Source of the DNA: Candidatus Kutchimonas denitrificans
GTDB taxonomy: Bacteria > Gemmatimonadota > Gemmatimonadetes > Palauibacterales > KS3-K002
Length of the DNA stretch: 64,000 bases
Direction: 5' to 3'
NCBI GenBank assembly: GCA_011774835.1
Contig: JAACAK010000067.1
Span: 24,169-88,168, forward strand
In this document: in pieces, positions 1 through 9,196 of the stretch
How positions within the stretch are numbered: the first letter of the stretch is position 1
Layout of the letters: every line of letters starts with the position of its first letter
Made by a program: the position numbers and the translations under genes
The notes under the pieces: generated by a model
What the model was told of the DNA's origin: nothing
The model's database searches: none
The model's input: the letters and a program-made list of their open reading frames with translations, nothing else

Positions 1-177
1 GTGGTCGAACAAGGAGACGGGTTCGTCCGCTTCGACACCTTCCGCGGCCATCTGGCGATCTCCGCCACGCGGGAGGGTGACTCGACGCGGGTACGCTGCT
101 CCACCCTTCGCTACCATCCTTCCATCGGCAAATTCCTCAGCTCGCTGTCGACCGAAATGCCGGCCCCAGAGGCTTGA
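1..177 (+). CDS. 3' end of an upstream CDS of unknown function (partial, runs off the window start)
   Basis: Frame-1 ORF open from nt 1 to TGA at 175-177; no family recognised from the 58-aa tail. Only its position next to moaDE hints at a molybdopterin-related role. Confidence 0.35.
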   Translation: MVEQGDGFVRFDTFRGHLAISATREGDSTRVRCSTLRYHPSIGKFLSSLSTEMPAPEA

Positions 178-256
178 GAGAAGGCGACATCACTTCCACC
201 GTGCCTCCGGTCGTCTCCGCCCCGGTCATGACTCCCGACCCGACAGGACCCGCACC

Positions 257-499
257 GTGCGCGTGACCGTCCTCTTCTTCGCGCTGTGCCGTGATGCCGC
301 CGGGACCGACACGCTCGATCTCGACCTGCCCGAAGCGGCCGACGTTTCCGCGCTGCTCGATGCGGTGCGGGAGCGATTCGGCCCCGACGCGGCTCCGGAC
401 AACGTTGCCGTGGCGGTGAACCAGGAGTATCAGGACAGGGACACCGTGCTGGAGGAAGGGGACCAGGTCGCGCTCATCCCACCGGTAGCGGGAGGCTGA
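257..499 (+). CDS. moaD: Molybdopterin synthase sulfur-carrier subunit MoaD
   Basis: ~80-aa ubiquitin-like protein ending in the diagnostic C-terminal Gly-Gly (…IPPVAGG). Internal GTG start at 257 chosen because the 77..499 ORF would overlap the upstream gene. 1-nt gap to moaE. Confidence 0.8.
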   Translation: MRVTVLFFALCRDAAGTDTLDLDLPEAADVSALLDAVRERFGPDAAPDNVAVAVNQEYQDRDTVLEEGDQVALIPPVAGG

Positions 500-500
500 G

Positions 501-935
501 ATGTACTGCGCGATCATCACCGAACCGATCGACGCGAGCGAGCTGGCGAGTCGAGTCCGGACCGACGCCGACGGCGCCGTGATCACCTTCACCGGAGTCG
601 TCCGAAATCACCACGAGGGTAGACCGGTGGAGGCGCTCCGCTACGAGACGTACCGCGAGATGGCGGAGGGGAAGCTGCGCCGGATCTGCGAGGAGGCCGC
701 GGCCCGGTTCGAGGTAGGGGATATCGCGGTCGTCCACCGGGTGGGCCAGCTGGCGATAGGTGATATCGCCGTCGCCATAGCGGTGGCCGCGCCTCACCGC
801 GACGCGGCCTACCGGGCGTCCCGCGAAATCATCGAGCGGATCAAGCGCGAGGTCCCGATCTGGAAGCGCGAGCGTTACGCCGACGGCGGCGAGGACTGGC
901 AGGAGGGGACACCCGTCGACTTGCGGTCTGGGTGA
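501..935 (+). CDS. moaE: Molybdopterin synthase catalytic subunit MoaE
   Basis: 144-aa ORF with MoaE-like sequence (…TFTGVVRNHHEGR…ETYREMAE…), immediately after moaD. Confidence 0.9.
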   Translation: MYCAIITEPIDASELASRVRTDADGAVITFTGVVRNHHEGRPVEALRYETYREMAEGKLRRICEEAAARFEVGDIAVVHRVGQLAIGDIAVAIAVAAPHRDAAYRASREIIERIKREVPIWKRERYADGGEDWQEGTPVDLRSG

Positions 936-1014
936 GCGGGGCCGGGTCGGATCCGGATGGAATGGTAAATATCCCTTGAGAAATCACCAACTCGAACGTT
1001 CAATGCTCACATTC

Positions 1015-1050
1015 AATTGTCGATTTTCAGGTTCCTGGCAATCGACAGTT
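1015..1050. promoter_or_regulatory. 11-bp inverted repeat AATTGTCGATT-N14-AATCGACAGTT in the AT-richer leader upstream of mdh (candidate operator)
   Basis: Read directly: arms at 1015-1025 and 1040-1050 are 10/11 complementary. They lie in the 300-bp intergenic region before mdh. Confidence 0.3.
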
Positions 1051-1304
1051 GGATGTGAACGTCGAGCGCTCGCCCTGGTCGTTGAAACTTCACCCTTTGG
1101 CATCCTCGAGTCACCCGAGCGGCGCCTTGCCTGAGCCTATGCTCGGCCGTAGGTTGAGACCTCGAAGTCCTTTCAAAGATTACCTAGCCCCATAACAGTT
1201 AGCCCGCAGAAGTCCGGCGGCAGGCCAAGCGTAGTTCGTTCGCCGGAATGCTCGTGCGCCGAAGTGCCGTGCCGGATTCGATGCGGGGGGATAGGGAATG
1301 CGGT

Positions 1305-2237
1305 ATGGTTGACCGAATTACGGTTGTTGGTGCGGGACATGTCGGCGCCACAGAGGCGCAACGCCTTGCGGAGATGCAGGTCGCCCGCGAAGTGGTTCTC
1401 ATCGACATCTTGGAAGGCATTCCGCAGGGGAAAGCGCTGGACCTCTACGAGTCGGGACCGGTGCTCGGCTACGACACGCGCGTAATCGGGACCAACGATT
1501 ACAAGGACACGAAGGACAGCGACCTCGTCATCATAACGGCGGGCGTGCCTCGCAAGCCGGGGATGAGCCGCGACGACTTGCTCGCCACCAACGCGGATAT
1601 CGTGCGCAACGTTTCCGGCGAGATCAAGAAGAGCAGTCCGGAAGCGACCGTCATCGTCGTTTCGAACCCCCTCGACGTGATGACTTTCGTCACAAAGGAG
1701 ACGACCGGATTTCCCGCCAATCGGGTGTTCGGCATGGCCGGTGTGCTCGACACAGCGCGCTATCGGACCTTCATCGCCGAGCGCCTCCAGGTCAGCGTGA
1801 CGGATATCCAGGCTCTGGTGCTGGGCGGCCACGGCGACACGATGGTTCCGCTGGTTCGCTATACGACGATCAGCGGCATTCCCCTCGATCAGTTCCTGTC
1901 CAAGGATGAGATCGATGGGCTCATCGACCGCACCCGCAAGGGCGGCGCCGAGATCGTCGGCTATTTGAAGGAGGGGAGCGCCTATTACGCGCCCTCGGCC
2001 GCCGTGGCTCAGATGGTGGAAGCGGTCGTCTTCGACAGGAAACGGATCCTCCCCTGCGCCGCCTGGATGAGCGGTGAGTATGGCATCTCCGATACCTATC
2101 TGGGCGTCCCATGCAAGCTGGGGCGCGACGGCGTGGAGGAGATCATCGAGGTCGAGCTGACCGGGGACGAGAAGGCGGCCCTCGAGAAGTCGGCCGAGCA
2201 TGTCAAGAGCACTATAGAGAAACTCGAGAACCTCTAG
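1305..2237 (+). CDS. mdh: Malate dehydrogenase (LDH-like MDH family)
   Basis: Rossmann motif [10 protein letters not shown] and catalytic-loop [16 protein letters not shown] at 1305 is preceded by a GGGGGGATAGGGA RBS. The ORF-track start at 1248 is probably too early. Confidence 0.9.
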   Translation: MVDRITVVGAGHVGATEAQRLAEMQVAREVVLIDILEGIPQGKALDLYESGPVLGYDTRVIGTNDYKDTKDSDLVIITAGVPRKPGMSRDDLLATNADIVRNVSGEIKKSSPEATVIVVSNPLDVMTFVTKETTGFPANRVFGMAGVLDTARYRTFIAERLQVSVTDIQALVLGGHGDTMVPLVRYTTISGIPLDQFLSKDEIDGLIDRTRKGGAEIVGYLKEGSAYYAPSAAVAQMVEAVVFDRKRILPCAAWMSGEYGISDTYLGVPCKLGRDGVEEIIEVELTGDEKAALEKSAEHVKSTIEKLENL

Positions 2238-2242
2238 TCCGA

Positions 2243-2270
2243 AAAAGGGGGGCGAGCCGCCCCCCTTTTT
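2243..2270 (+). terminator. Rho-independent terminator (bidirectional-capable) after mdh
   Basis: AAAAA-GGGGGGCG-AGC-CGCCCCCC-TTTTT: perfect 8-bp GC stem, 3-nt loop, T5 tail with an A5 lead, 6 nt after the mdh stop. Confidence 0.85.
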
Positions 2271-2462
2271 CGCGGCCGCCAGGTCGAGCCCGCTCGCCCC
2301 CGGGCGGATGCGGGCCACGGCTAGCTGGATTCGGGCGGCGTCGACGTTTGGACGGGTCATCGTTTGGATCGTGTATTACTCTGTCACATGTAGTCTTAGG
2401 TTACCTCACCTCCTACGGGATCTCGGGCCCGGCCTTCGGGGTGCCTCGTCGAGGTTCCGGGC

Positions 2463-3077
2463 GTGAGCTATCTCGATTTCCTCCTCCAGTGGTACAACTG
2501 GCCGTATCTGGCCGCCCTGCTGCTGGCCCTCCTGTCGTTCATGAGGCTCGAGCCGGCCATCGCGGTCGGCGATTGGCTGGGACGATGGCTGAGGGTGGAG
2601 GGAGCGGCGGGCAGGGTGCTGGCCCGGGTGTTCGGCGTCGCGGTGGGCGTGGTGGGTCTGACGGTGAACGGCGCGCTGCACGACTACTGGCCCGCTCAAC
2701 AGGAGCGGGGGTTCCTGCCGGGCCTTCTGGTGACGGCCCTGTTGGCCGCGGCGGTGACCCGCGGGGTGGGACGGTTGTTCGAGCGTCATTTTCCGGAGAT
2801 CAAAGCGGTAGGGTGGGGAGCCACGGACCTGGCGGGTCGGGAAGCGCGGGTGGTGAGTCGTAAAGTGAGCCCGGATTATCGGGCCGGTCGGGCCCAGGTG
2901 ATGGAGGAGGACGGAACGCTCCATATGGTGCTGTGCAAGACGCGGGAGGAGGAGCTTCTCTACGGGGCGCTGGTGGTGCTCACCGAATACGACGTGGAGG
3001 ATCGCCGCTATTACGTGCAGCGGGCCGACGCGAAGAGCGGTCGGGCCGAGGGCGTGGAGCTTTATCCTGGAAGCTGA
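2463..3077 (+). CDS. NfeD/YqiJ-like membrane protein (N-terminal TM helices plus C-terminal OB-fold-like domain)
   Basis: GTG start. Hydrophobic N-terminal half (LAALLLALLSF…, VAVGVVGLTV…, LLVTALLAAAV) and a soluble C-terminal segment resembling the NfeD short-form C-terminal β-barrel. Confidence 0.55.
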   Translation: MSYLDFLLQWYNWPYLAALLLALLSFMRLEPAIAVGDWLGRWLRVEGAAGRVLARVFGVAVGVVGLTVNGALHDYWPAQQERGFLPGLLVTALLAAAVTRGVGRLFERHFPEIKAVGWGATDLAGREARVVSRKVSPDYRAGRAQVMEEDGTLHMVLCKTREEELLYGALVVLTEYDVEDRRYYVQRADAKSGRAEGVELYPGS

Positions 3078-3086
3078 GGTCGTGTC

Positions 3087-4742
3087 TTGACAGGAGCGTG
3101 GCTGAGGAGAGCTCTCCTGGCGGCCTGGCTGTTGGGGGCGGTTTTCGGCTGCGGGCCCGGGGGCACGTCGGCCGCCTTCGACGCGCTGTCGTCGGAGGCG
3201 ATCGGTGCCCACGTCTCGTTTCTGGCCAGCGACCTGCTGGAGGGCCGGGCCCCGAGCACGCAGGGCGAAAAGCTGGCGGCCCTGTACATCGCGTCGCAGT
3301 TCGAGCAGGCCGGTCTCATCCCGGCGGTGGGCGATTCGAGCTTCCTGCAGCCGGTCCCGCTGCTGGGGATCGAATCGGAGCTTCGCCTGTCGTTCCGGGC
3401 CCCTGGGGGAGCACTGTTCCAGCCGGAACGGAACGACGAGATCGTCCTCTGGTCGCCGCAGGTGTCCGAGAGCGTCCAGCTGACGGGCCCGCTCGTCTTT
3501 GCCGGTCATGGCATCGTGTCCGCCGAGCACGAGTGGGACGATTTCAAGGGCGTGGACCTCGAGGGTGCGGTCCTGATGGTACTGGCCGGCGATCCCGAGG
3601 TGCGCACCCGATTCCACGGTGACACACTCAGCCGCTTCGGCCTGCCCGACCACAAGTTCGAGGAAGCGGCGCGACGCGGCGCGGCGGGTGTGATCCTGAT
3701 CCACCGGCCCGAGCACCCGGAAAGCTGGCAGACGATCCAGCGCGCCTGGACCGAAAGACGGCTGCGGCTGGCCGAGGACAGCTTGAAACCGGTGCCGGCG
3801 CTGGAAGGTTGGCTGAGCCAGGACGCGGCGCGGCAGCTCGTTGCCATGGCCGGACTGGATTTCGGAACGCTGATCGAATCGGCGCAGGCGCCCACATTCC
3901 GACCGATCGCCACCGGGCTCAACGTATCCGCCAGTGGACGGAATCGGATCCGGCGGACGGTGGGATACAACGTCGTTGGCAAGCTCGCCGGGGTTGACTC
4001 GACCGCGGCCGCCTTGATATACCTCGCCCATTACGACGGCGAAGGGTACGGGCGGGCGATCGACTCCGATTCGATCTATAACGGGTGCTACCGAAACGCC
4101 TCCGGCACTGGCCTGCTGATCGGCCTGGCGCACGCCTTCGCCAGACTCCCGGAGCCGACCCGGCGCTCGATCCTCTTCCTGGCGGTGACCGCTCACCATC
4201 CCGACCGGCTCGGCTCCCGTCACTACGTGCGGCGTCCGGTTGTCTCATTGGCCGCCACAGCGGCGGCCATCAACATCGACGGGGCGAGCCTCTGGGGGCG
4301 CACCACCGACGTGGTCGTGCTGGGAACCGAGAGCTCGGACCTGGACGTGGCCGTGGCGCGAGTCGCAGCAGAAGAAGGTCTGCGCCGAGTGGGCGACCCG
4401 CTTCCCGAGCTCGGTCGCCTGTACCGCTCCGATCATCTCCCATTCATGCGGGCCGGGATCCCGGTGGCCTACGTGCAGCACGGCGTCGATTTCATCGGCC
4501 GCATGCCCGGCTGGGGTCGCCGGATGCTCCGGGATTACGGCCGCCACGTCGTTCGCAGCCCGGACGATGAGTGCACGGCGTCAACCGACTTCGGTGGCGC
4601 GGAAATCCAGGCGCGGCTGGCCTTCCGGCTCGGTCTGGAGGTGGCGAACCGCCGGGTGCGCCCCCGTTGGCACGCGGGCTCGGAATATCGTGCGGTGCAG
4701 GACTCGCTGTGGTCGGGTCAGGGCAGGGAGGCTGGGGAGTAG
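3087..4742 (+). CDS. M28-family zinc aminopeptidase with PA domain, probable lipoprotein
   Basis: Signal sequence with lipobox (LLGAVFGC). PA-domain region. M28 metal-binding region (…LAHYDG…, …NGCYRNASGTG…, …AVTAHHPDRLGSRHY…). Confidence 0.85.
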   Translation: MTGAWLRRALLAAWLLGAVFGCGPGGTSAAFDALSSEAIGAHVSFLASDLLEGRAPSTQGEKLAALYIASQFEQAGLIPAVGDSSFLQPVPLLGIESELRLSFRAPGGALFQPERNDEIVLWSPQVSESVQLTGPLVFAGHGIVSAEHEWDDFKGVDLEGAVLMVLAGDPEVRTRFHGDTLSRFGLPDHKFEEAARRGAAGVILIHRPEHPESWQTIQRAWTERRLRLAEDSLKPVPALEGWLSQDAARQLVAMAGLDFGTLIESAQAPTFRPIATGLNVSASGRNRIRRTVGYNVVGKLAGVDSTAAALIYLAHYDGEGYGRAIDSDSIYNGCYRNASGTGLLIGLAHAFARLPEPTRRSILFLAVTAHHPDRLGSRHYVRRPVVSLAATAAAINIDGASLWGRTTDVVVLGTESSDLDVAVARVAAEEGLRRVGDPLPELGRLYRSDHLPFMRAGIPVAYVQHGVDFIGRMPGWGRRMLRDYGRHVVRSPDDECTASTDFGGAEIQARLAFRLGLEVANRRVRPRWHAGSEYRAVQDSLWSGQGREAGE

Positions 4743-4760
4743 ATCGGGCCGAGTGCGGGA

Positions 4761-4910
4761 GCGGGGGAACATTGAGCACGGAACATCCAGCACGGAACGT
4801 TGAAGGACTGCCGATCGGTTGAACGCTGGACATTGGACGTTGAACCCCGAGCCGTTCGTTCGATGTTCCGTGCTCGATGTTCCGTGCTCAGTGTTCCCCC
4901 TGTTCCCCCG
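4761..4910. repeat. Compound inverted repeat (~42-bp arms with internal tandem GCACGGAAC units and flanking GGGGGAACA / TGTTCCCCC) between convergent genes
   Basis: Left arm 4763-4804 versus reverse complement of right arm 4856-4900: about 38/42 matches. TGTTCCCCC is duplicated at 4892-4909. The 50-nt loop carries GTTGAAC ×2-3. Both strands translate to GGTLSTEH(R/P)ARN… in the ORF track, confirming the symmetry. Confidence 0.7.
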
Positions 4911-4914
4911 GCTC

Positions 4915-5469
4915 TCATATCCTCGGCAGCGTCACCCCTTTCTGCCTCTGGTATTTCCCGTCCTTGTCCGCATAGCTGGTCTGGCACGGCTCGTCGGATT
5001 CGAAGAAGAGAACCTGCGAGATCCCCTCTTCGGCGTAGATCCGGGCTGGAAGCGGCGTGGTGTTCGAGATCTCCAGCGTCACGTGGCCCTCCCACTCGGG
5101 CTCGAAGGGCGTGACGTTGGTGATGATGCCGCAGCGGGCGTAAGTGGACTTTCCGACGCAAATTGTCATCACGTTGCGTGGGATACGGAAGTACTCCACC
5201 GAGGTGGCCAGGGCGAAGGAGTTGGGCGGGATGATGCAGATGTCGCCCTCCTGCTCCACGAACGAACGATCGTCGAAGTTCTTCGGGTCCACGATCGCGC
5301 TGTTCACGTTGGTGAAGACCCGGAAGTGGCGGGCGACCCGCATGTCGTAGCCGTACGAGCTGACGCCGTACGATATGACGCCCTGCCGGACCTGCTTCTC
5401 TTCGAACGGCTCGATCATGCCGTGTTCCAGGGCCATCTCGCGGATCCAGCGGTCGCTCTTGATGCTCAT
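4915..5469 (-). CDS. dcd: dCTP deaminase
   Basis: Dcd family sequence (…[13 protein letters not shown]…, …[15 protein letters not shown]…, …[10 protein letters not shown]…). Internal ATG at 5469 chosen; the 25-aa N-terminal extension in the ORF track is not conserved. Confidence 0.9.
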   Translation of the reverse strand: MSIKSDRWIREMALEHGMIEPFEEKQVRQGVISYGVSSYGYDMRVARHFRVFTNVNSAIVDPKNFDDRSFVEQEGDICIIPPNSFALATSVEYFRIPRNVMTICVGKSTYARCGIITNVTPFEPEWEGHVTLEISNTTPLPARIYAEEGISQVLFFESDEPCQTSYADKDGKYQRQKGVTLPRI

Positions 5470-5557
5470 CGACGCTCCGGGACGAAGGGTCAGGAATACT
5501 GCGGGTGGGTGGCACGAATATAGCGGCGAAAAAAGGCGGATCAAGGCCGTTTTTCTA

Positions 5558-5585
5558 TTGACACGCTACTCGACGATGTTATTAT
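5558..5585 (+). promoter_or_regulatory. σ70-like promoter for the nuo operon (TTGACA-16 nt-TGtTATTAT, extended -10)
   Basis: TTGACA at 5558-5563, TATTAT at 5580-5585 with TG at 5577-5578, about 45 nt upstream of the nuoA ATG. Confidence 0.5.
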
Positions 5586-5631
5586 GCGGCGACTTCGTCG
5601 GCTAAACTCTGTTTGTGTGGGGCGATAGACG

Positions 5632-5991
5632 ATGCTGCGGGAGTATGTCCCGGTTCTGATGATCTTCGCTGCCAGCCTCGGCGTGGCTGTCATCATGGTC
5701 GTGGGCTCGCAAATCCTGAGCAATCGTCGACCCACGCCGGTAAAGAGCGAGCCCTACGAGTCGGGGATGCCCCCGATCGGCGATACGCGGGAGCGCTTCG
5801 CCGTGAAGTACTACGTGGTGGCGATGCTTTTCCTGCTGTTCGACGTTGAAGTCGTCATCCTGTTTACGTGGGGCATCGTCTTCAAGTCGCTGGGCTTGTT
5901 CGGCTACGTGACCATTCTGATTTTTCTCTTGCTTCTCGTGGTCGGACTGCTCTACGAGTGGAGAAAAGGCGCTCTCGAGTGGGAACGCTGA
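5632..5991 (+). CDS. nuoA: NADH-quinone oxidoreductase subunit A
   Basis: 119-aa, three-TM protein with the conserved NuoA/ND3 core (…EPYESGMPPIGDTRERFAVKYY…). Confidence 0.9.
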   Translation: MLREYVPVLMIFAASLGVAVIMVVGSQILSNRRPTPVKSEPYESGMPPIGDTRERFAVKYYVVAMLFLLFDVEVVILFTWGIVFKSLGLFGYVTILIFLLLLVVGLLYEWRKGALEWER

Positions 5992-6049
5992 GGGCTAGAA
6001 TTCCACGGAAATGACAGCCAGATCGACAAGATCTGAAGGATAAAATCAT

Positions 6050-6724
6050 ATGGCGAAGGGCGATCAGGACCCGGGTGGTGCGGGCACCACCCGGGTCGAG
6101 ACCGAGATCCCGAGGAACTGGATCATCGCGCGCCTCGACGACCTGGTGAATTGGGCGCGCCGTGGCAGCCTGTGGCCGATGCCGTTCGGCACGGCCTGTT
6201 GCGCCATCGAGATGATGGCGACGGCCGCGTCGAAATACGACATGGCACGTTACGGCATGGAGCGGATGGGGTATACGCCGCGCCAGGCCGACGTGATGCT
6301 GGTCGCCGGGCGCGTCGCGTACAAGATGGCCCCGGTGATGCGCCGCATCTGGGACCAGATGCCGCAGCCGAAGTGGTGTCTCAGCATGGGGGCGTGCGCC
6401 TCGACGGGCGGCGTGTTCGACACCTATACGATGGTCCAGGGAATCGACACGATCGTGCCCGTGGACGTCTACGTGCCCGGGTGCCCTCCGCGACCGGAAC
6501 AGCTCCTCTACGGCCTTCTCATGATTCAGGAGAAGATCAGGGGCGAGTCGTTCAAGGATCCGCGGCCGCGTGCGGAGGGCCCGGAGGACGTCGCCAAGCC
6601 GCAACTGTCACCCGAAGACGTGGAGCTCGTGGCCTCGCCGTTCGGGAACTCGACGTTCCAGAACCGGGTCAGCGGCCTGGAGAGCTCGTCTCCCATCCTA
6701 CGCCCAGGCGACCGCAAAGAGTGA
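6050..6724 (+). CDS. nuoB: NADH-quinone oxidoreductase subunit B (N2 [4Fe-4S])
   Basis: NuoB signature CCAIEMM…GCPP plus the cysteine set for cluster N2. Confidence 0.9.
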   Translation: MAKGDQDPGGAGTTRVETEIPRNWIIARLDDLVNWARRGSLWPMPFGTACCAIEMMATAASKYDMARYGMERMGYTPRQADVMLVAGRVAYKMAPVMRRIWDQMPQPKWCLSMGACASTGGVFDTYTMVQGIDTIVPVDVYVPGCPPRPEQLLYGLLMIQEKIRGESFKDPRPRAEGPEDVAKPQLSPEDVELVASPFGNSTFQNRVSGLESSSPILRPGDRKE

Positions 6725-6830
6725 ACCGCCTGACGGGTGCCCGCCATCCCTCAGGCCCTCGAGCCCGATCGATCGCTCCCCTCGGATCGGCGATCGATCG
6801 GTGCGACCGTGAACGATAGGAAGTGGGAGT

Positions 6831-8657
6831 ATGTCGTCGACCACGACCTCCGACAATATCGATAAAGGTGCAGGCCCGGTCGCGCCGGGAGAGCGTCAGG
6901 ACGTCGCCCAGCTGAAGACGAAGTTCGGCCCGGCGATCCGCTCGATCGAGCTCGATGCGGCGGATGAGCCCGTGGTCTACATCGCGCCCGATCGCAACAC
7001 CGAGATCCTCCAGTACCTCCGTGACGAGCAGGGGTACGACATGCTGCGCGACGTCACGGGGCTCGATTGGGGAGGCGGCCGGCCGATCCAGGTCGTCTAC
7101 GAGCTCTGGGCGTCGGAGCGCCGACTGCCGCTTCGGGTCAAGGCGGAGGTGCCGCCGAGCAATCCGAGGCTGCAGACCGCGTTCGGCATCTGGCATGCCG
7201 CGAATTGGCTCGAGCGGGAAGCCTACGACATGTTCGGGGTGAAGTTCGACGGTCACCCCGACCTCCGGCGCATCCTGATGCCGGAGAACTACGAGGAGGG
7301 CTACCCGCTGCGGAAGGACTTCCCGCTGCGCGGCCGCTTCACCCGCGCCGAGCAGACGCGGCGCGCCCTGGCCCGCGATCTGGAGGACATCTACAGCCTC
7401 GAGGAGCTGGCGGTCGCCAGCCGCGAGACGCGTACGGCGCCGCGGGGGCTGGGGGTCACGGCCGAAATCCCGACCGACGTGCCGGATCTCGAGGCCAAGC
7501 ACATGATCCTGAACATCGGGCCACAGCACCCAGCGACCCACGGGGTGTTGCGACTCGTGGTGGAGCTGGACGGCGAGACGATCGTCAAGTGCACGCCGCA
7601 CATCGGGTACCTGCACACCGGGTTCGAGAAGCTGAGCGAGTACCGTACCTGGAACCAGGTCATCCCGCTCACCGACCGGATGGATTACCTGGCCCCGATG
7701 ATCTACAACATCGGCTACGCCCTCGGCGTGGAGAAGCTGCTCGGCCTGGAGGTCACGCCTCGCTGCAAGGTGATCCGGGTCATCTGCATGGAGCTGAATC
7801 GGATCTTCTCGCACCTGATCTGGATCGGGACCACCGCCATCGACATCGGCGCCTTCACCCCCTTCCTCTACACGTTCGAGGAGCGGGAGCGGATCTACAA
7901 CCTGCACGAGGCCTACACCGGCGCCCGCATGACGACCAGCGTCAGCCGAATCGGCGGCATGATGGCCGATGTGCCGCCCGGCTGGCTCGACGCGGTTCGG
8001 TACTTCATCGAGACGTTCCCCAACACGCTGGACGAAGTGGAACGGCTGCTGAGCCAGAACGCGATCTGGATCGGCCGCACGCAGGGCGTCGGCGTGATGG
8101 GCGCGGCCGAGGCCACCAACGCCGGACTCTGCGGGCCCAACCTGCGGGCCTCCGGCGTGCCCTACGACGTTCGTAAAGACAACCCGTACCTCGAGTACGA
8201 GACGTACGACTTCGATGTGCCGATCGGCGAGTACGGCGACGTCTACGACCGCTACCTGGTCCGCATGGAGGAGATGCGGCAGTCGGTCCGGATCATCGAG
8301 CAGGCGCTCGACAGGGTGCCGGACGGGCCGATCAACGTGAAGGATGACCGGGTCATTCTGCCGCCCAAATCGAGGGTGATGAACTCGATCGACGGCATGA
8401 TCGCTCACTTCAAGCTGGTGATGGAGGGGCTCAAGGTGCCGGCCGGCGAGACCTGGTACTCGGTCGAGAGCTCGAAGGGCGAGCTCGGGTTCTATCTGGT
8501 CTCGGACGGCGGACCGAAGCCGGTCCGCTGCCGTTACCGCGGACCCTCTTTCATGAACATGTCCAACCTGCCGGCTCTGGTGAAAGGCGAGCTGGTCGCC
8601 GACATCATCGCCGTGAACGCGAGCATCGACATCGTGCTCGGGGAGATCGATCGATGA
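6831..8657 (+). CDS. nuoCD: NADH-quinone oxidoreductase fused subunit C/D
   Basis: 608 aa. N-terminal NuoC (30-kDa subunit) domain and C-terminal NuoD (49-kDa, NiFe-hydrogenase large-subunit-like) domain in one reading frame. Confidence 0.9.
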   Translation: MSSTTTSDNIDKGAGPVAPGERQDVAQLKTKFGPAIRSIELDAADEPVVYIAPDRNTEILQYLRDEQGYDMLRDVTGLDWGGGRPIQVVYELWASERRLPLRVKAEVPPSNPRLQTAFGIWHAANWLEREAYDMFGVKFDGHPDLRRILMPENYEEGYPLRKDFPLRGRFTRAEQTRRALARDLEDIYSLEELAVASRETRTAPRGLGVTAEIPTDVPDLEAKHMILNIGPQHPATHGVLRLVVELDGETIVKCTPHIGYLHTGFEKLSEYRTWNQVIPLTDRMDYLAPMIYNIGYALGVEKLLGLEVTPRCKVIRVICMELNRIFSHLIWIGTTAIDIGAFTPFLYTFEERERIYNLHEAYTGARMTTSVSRIGGMMADVPPGWLDAVRYFIETFPNTLDEVERLLSQNAIWIGRTQGVGVMGAAEATNAGLCGPNLRASGVPYDVRKDNPYLEYETYDFDVPIGEYGDVYDRYLVRMEEMRQSVRIIEQALDRVPDGPINVKDDRVILPPKSRVMNSIDGMIAHFKLVMEGLKVPAGETWYSVESSKGELGFYLVSDGGPKPVRCRYRGPSFMNMSNLPALVKGELVADIIAVNASIDIVLGEIDR

Positions 8658-9193
8658 GCGACGGGTTGCATCCAGCCGTCGTCAGCGCGCAGCCGTCGCA
8701 GCGCGATGAGAAGAATCCCGACGCCCCCCTCTTCGAGGGCGAGTATCAGGATCGACTGGAGAAGATCCTGAGCCGTTATCCCTTCAAACGAGCCGCCCTG
8801 CTGCCCGTGCTGAACATGGCGCAGCAGGTGAGGGGCTGGATTTCGCCGGATACGATCAAGCGGGTGGCCGAGATCCTCGAGCTTTCGCCGGCCTACGTGA
8901 GATCGGTGGCGTCGTTCTATACCATGTTCCAGCTGCGGCCGGCTGGCAAATACCTGATCCAGGTGTGCACAGGGATCGGCTGCGACCTCTGCGGCGCCGA
9001 GGACGTCGTCGAGGGCCTGCTGAAAGCGACGGGAACGCGGATCGGCGAGACGTCGGCGGACGGCAAGTACACGGTGGTGGAGGTCGAGTGCCTCGCCGGC
9101 TGCGGCTTCCCGACCATGGTTCAGATCAACGACAGGATGTACGAGAACGTGAAGGCCGAGGACGTTGAGGGCCTGCTGAAGGAACTGGACTGA
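8654..9193 (+). CDS. nuoE: NADH-quinone oxidoreductase subunit E ([2Fe-2S], 24-kDa subunit)
   Basis: Thioredoxin-like [2Fe-2S] motif (CTGIGCDLCGAEDV…CLAGCG). Start overlaps the nuoCD stop. Confidence 0.9.
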   Translation: MSDGLHPAVVSAQPSQRDEKNPDAPLFEGEYQDRLEKILSRYPFKRAALLPVLNMAQQVRGWISPDTIKRVAEILELSPAYVRSVASFYTMFQLRPAGKYLIQVCTGIGCDLCGAEDVVEGLLKATGTRIGETSADGKYTVVEVECLAGCGFPTMVQINDRMYENVKAEDVEGLLKELD

Positions 9194-9196
9194 GCG

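Noticed and set aside
77-499. Full-length 140-aa reading of the moaD ORF
   Set aside because: The N-terminal 60 codons overlap the upstream gene's 3' end and are Arg-rich nonsense. MoaD proteins are ~80 aa, and an in-frame GTG at 257 gives the canonical length ending in GG.
1060-1100. Possible σ54 promoter (TGGCAAT…GTTGGA) in the mdh leader
   Set aside because: The -12 element is GTTGG rather than TTGC(A/T), and spacing is off by one. The match is too weak to call despite rpoN being present in the window.
2111-2863. 250-aa plus-strand ORF (Gly/Arg-rich) spanning the mdh terminator region and the start of the NfeD-like gene
   Set aside because: It runs straight through a strong intrinsic terminator. 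The composition (RRRGG…, GSGG…) is a GC-rich frame artefact. The out-of-frame NfeD-like ORF has a sensible TM architecture instead.
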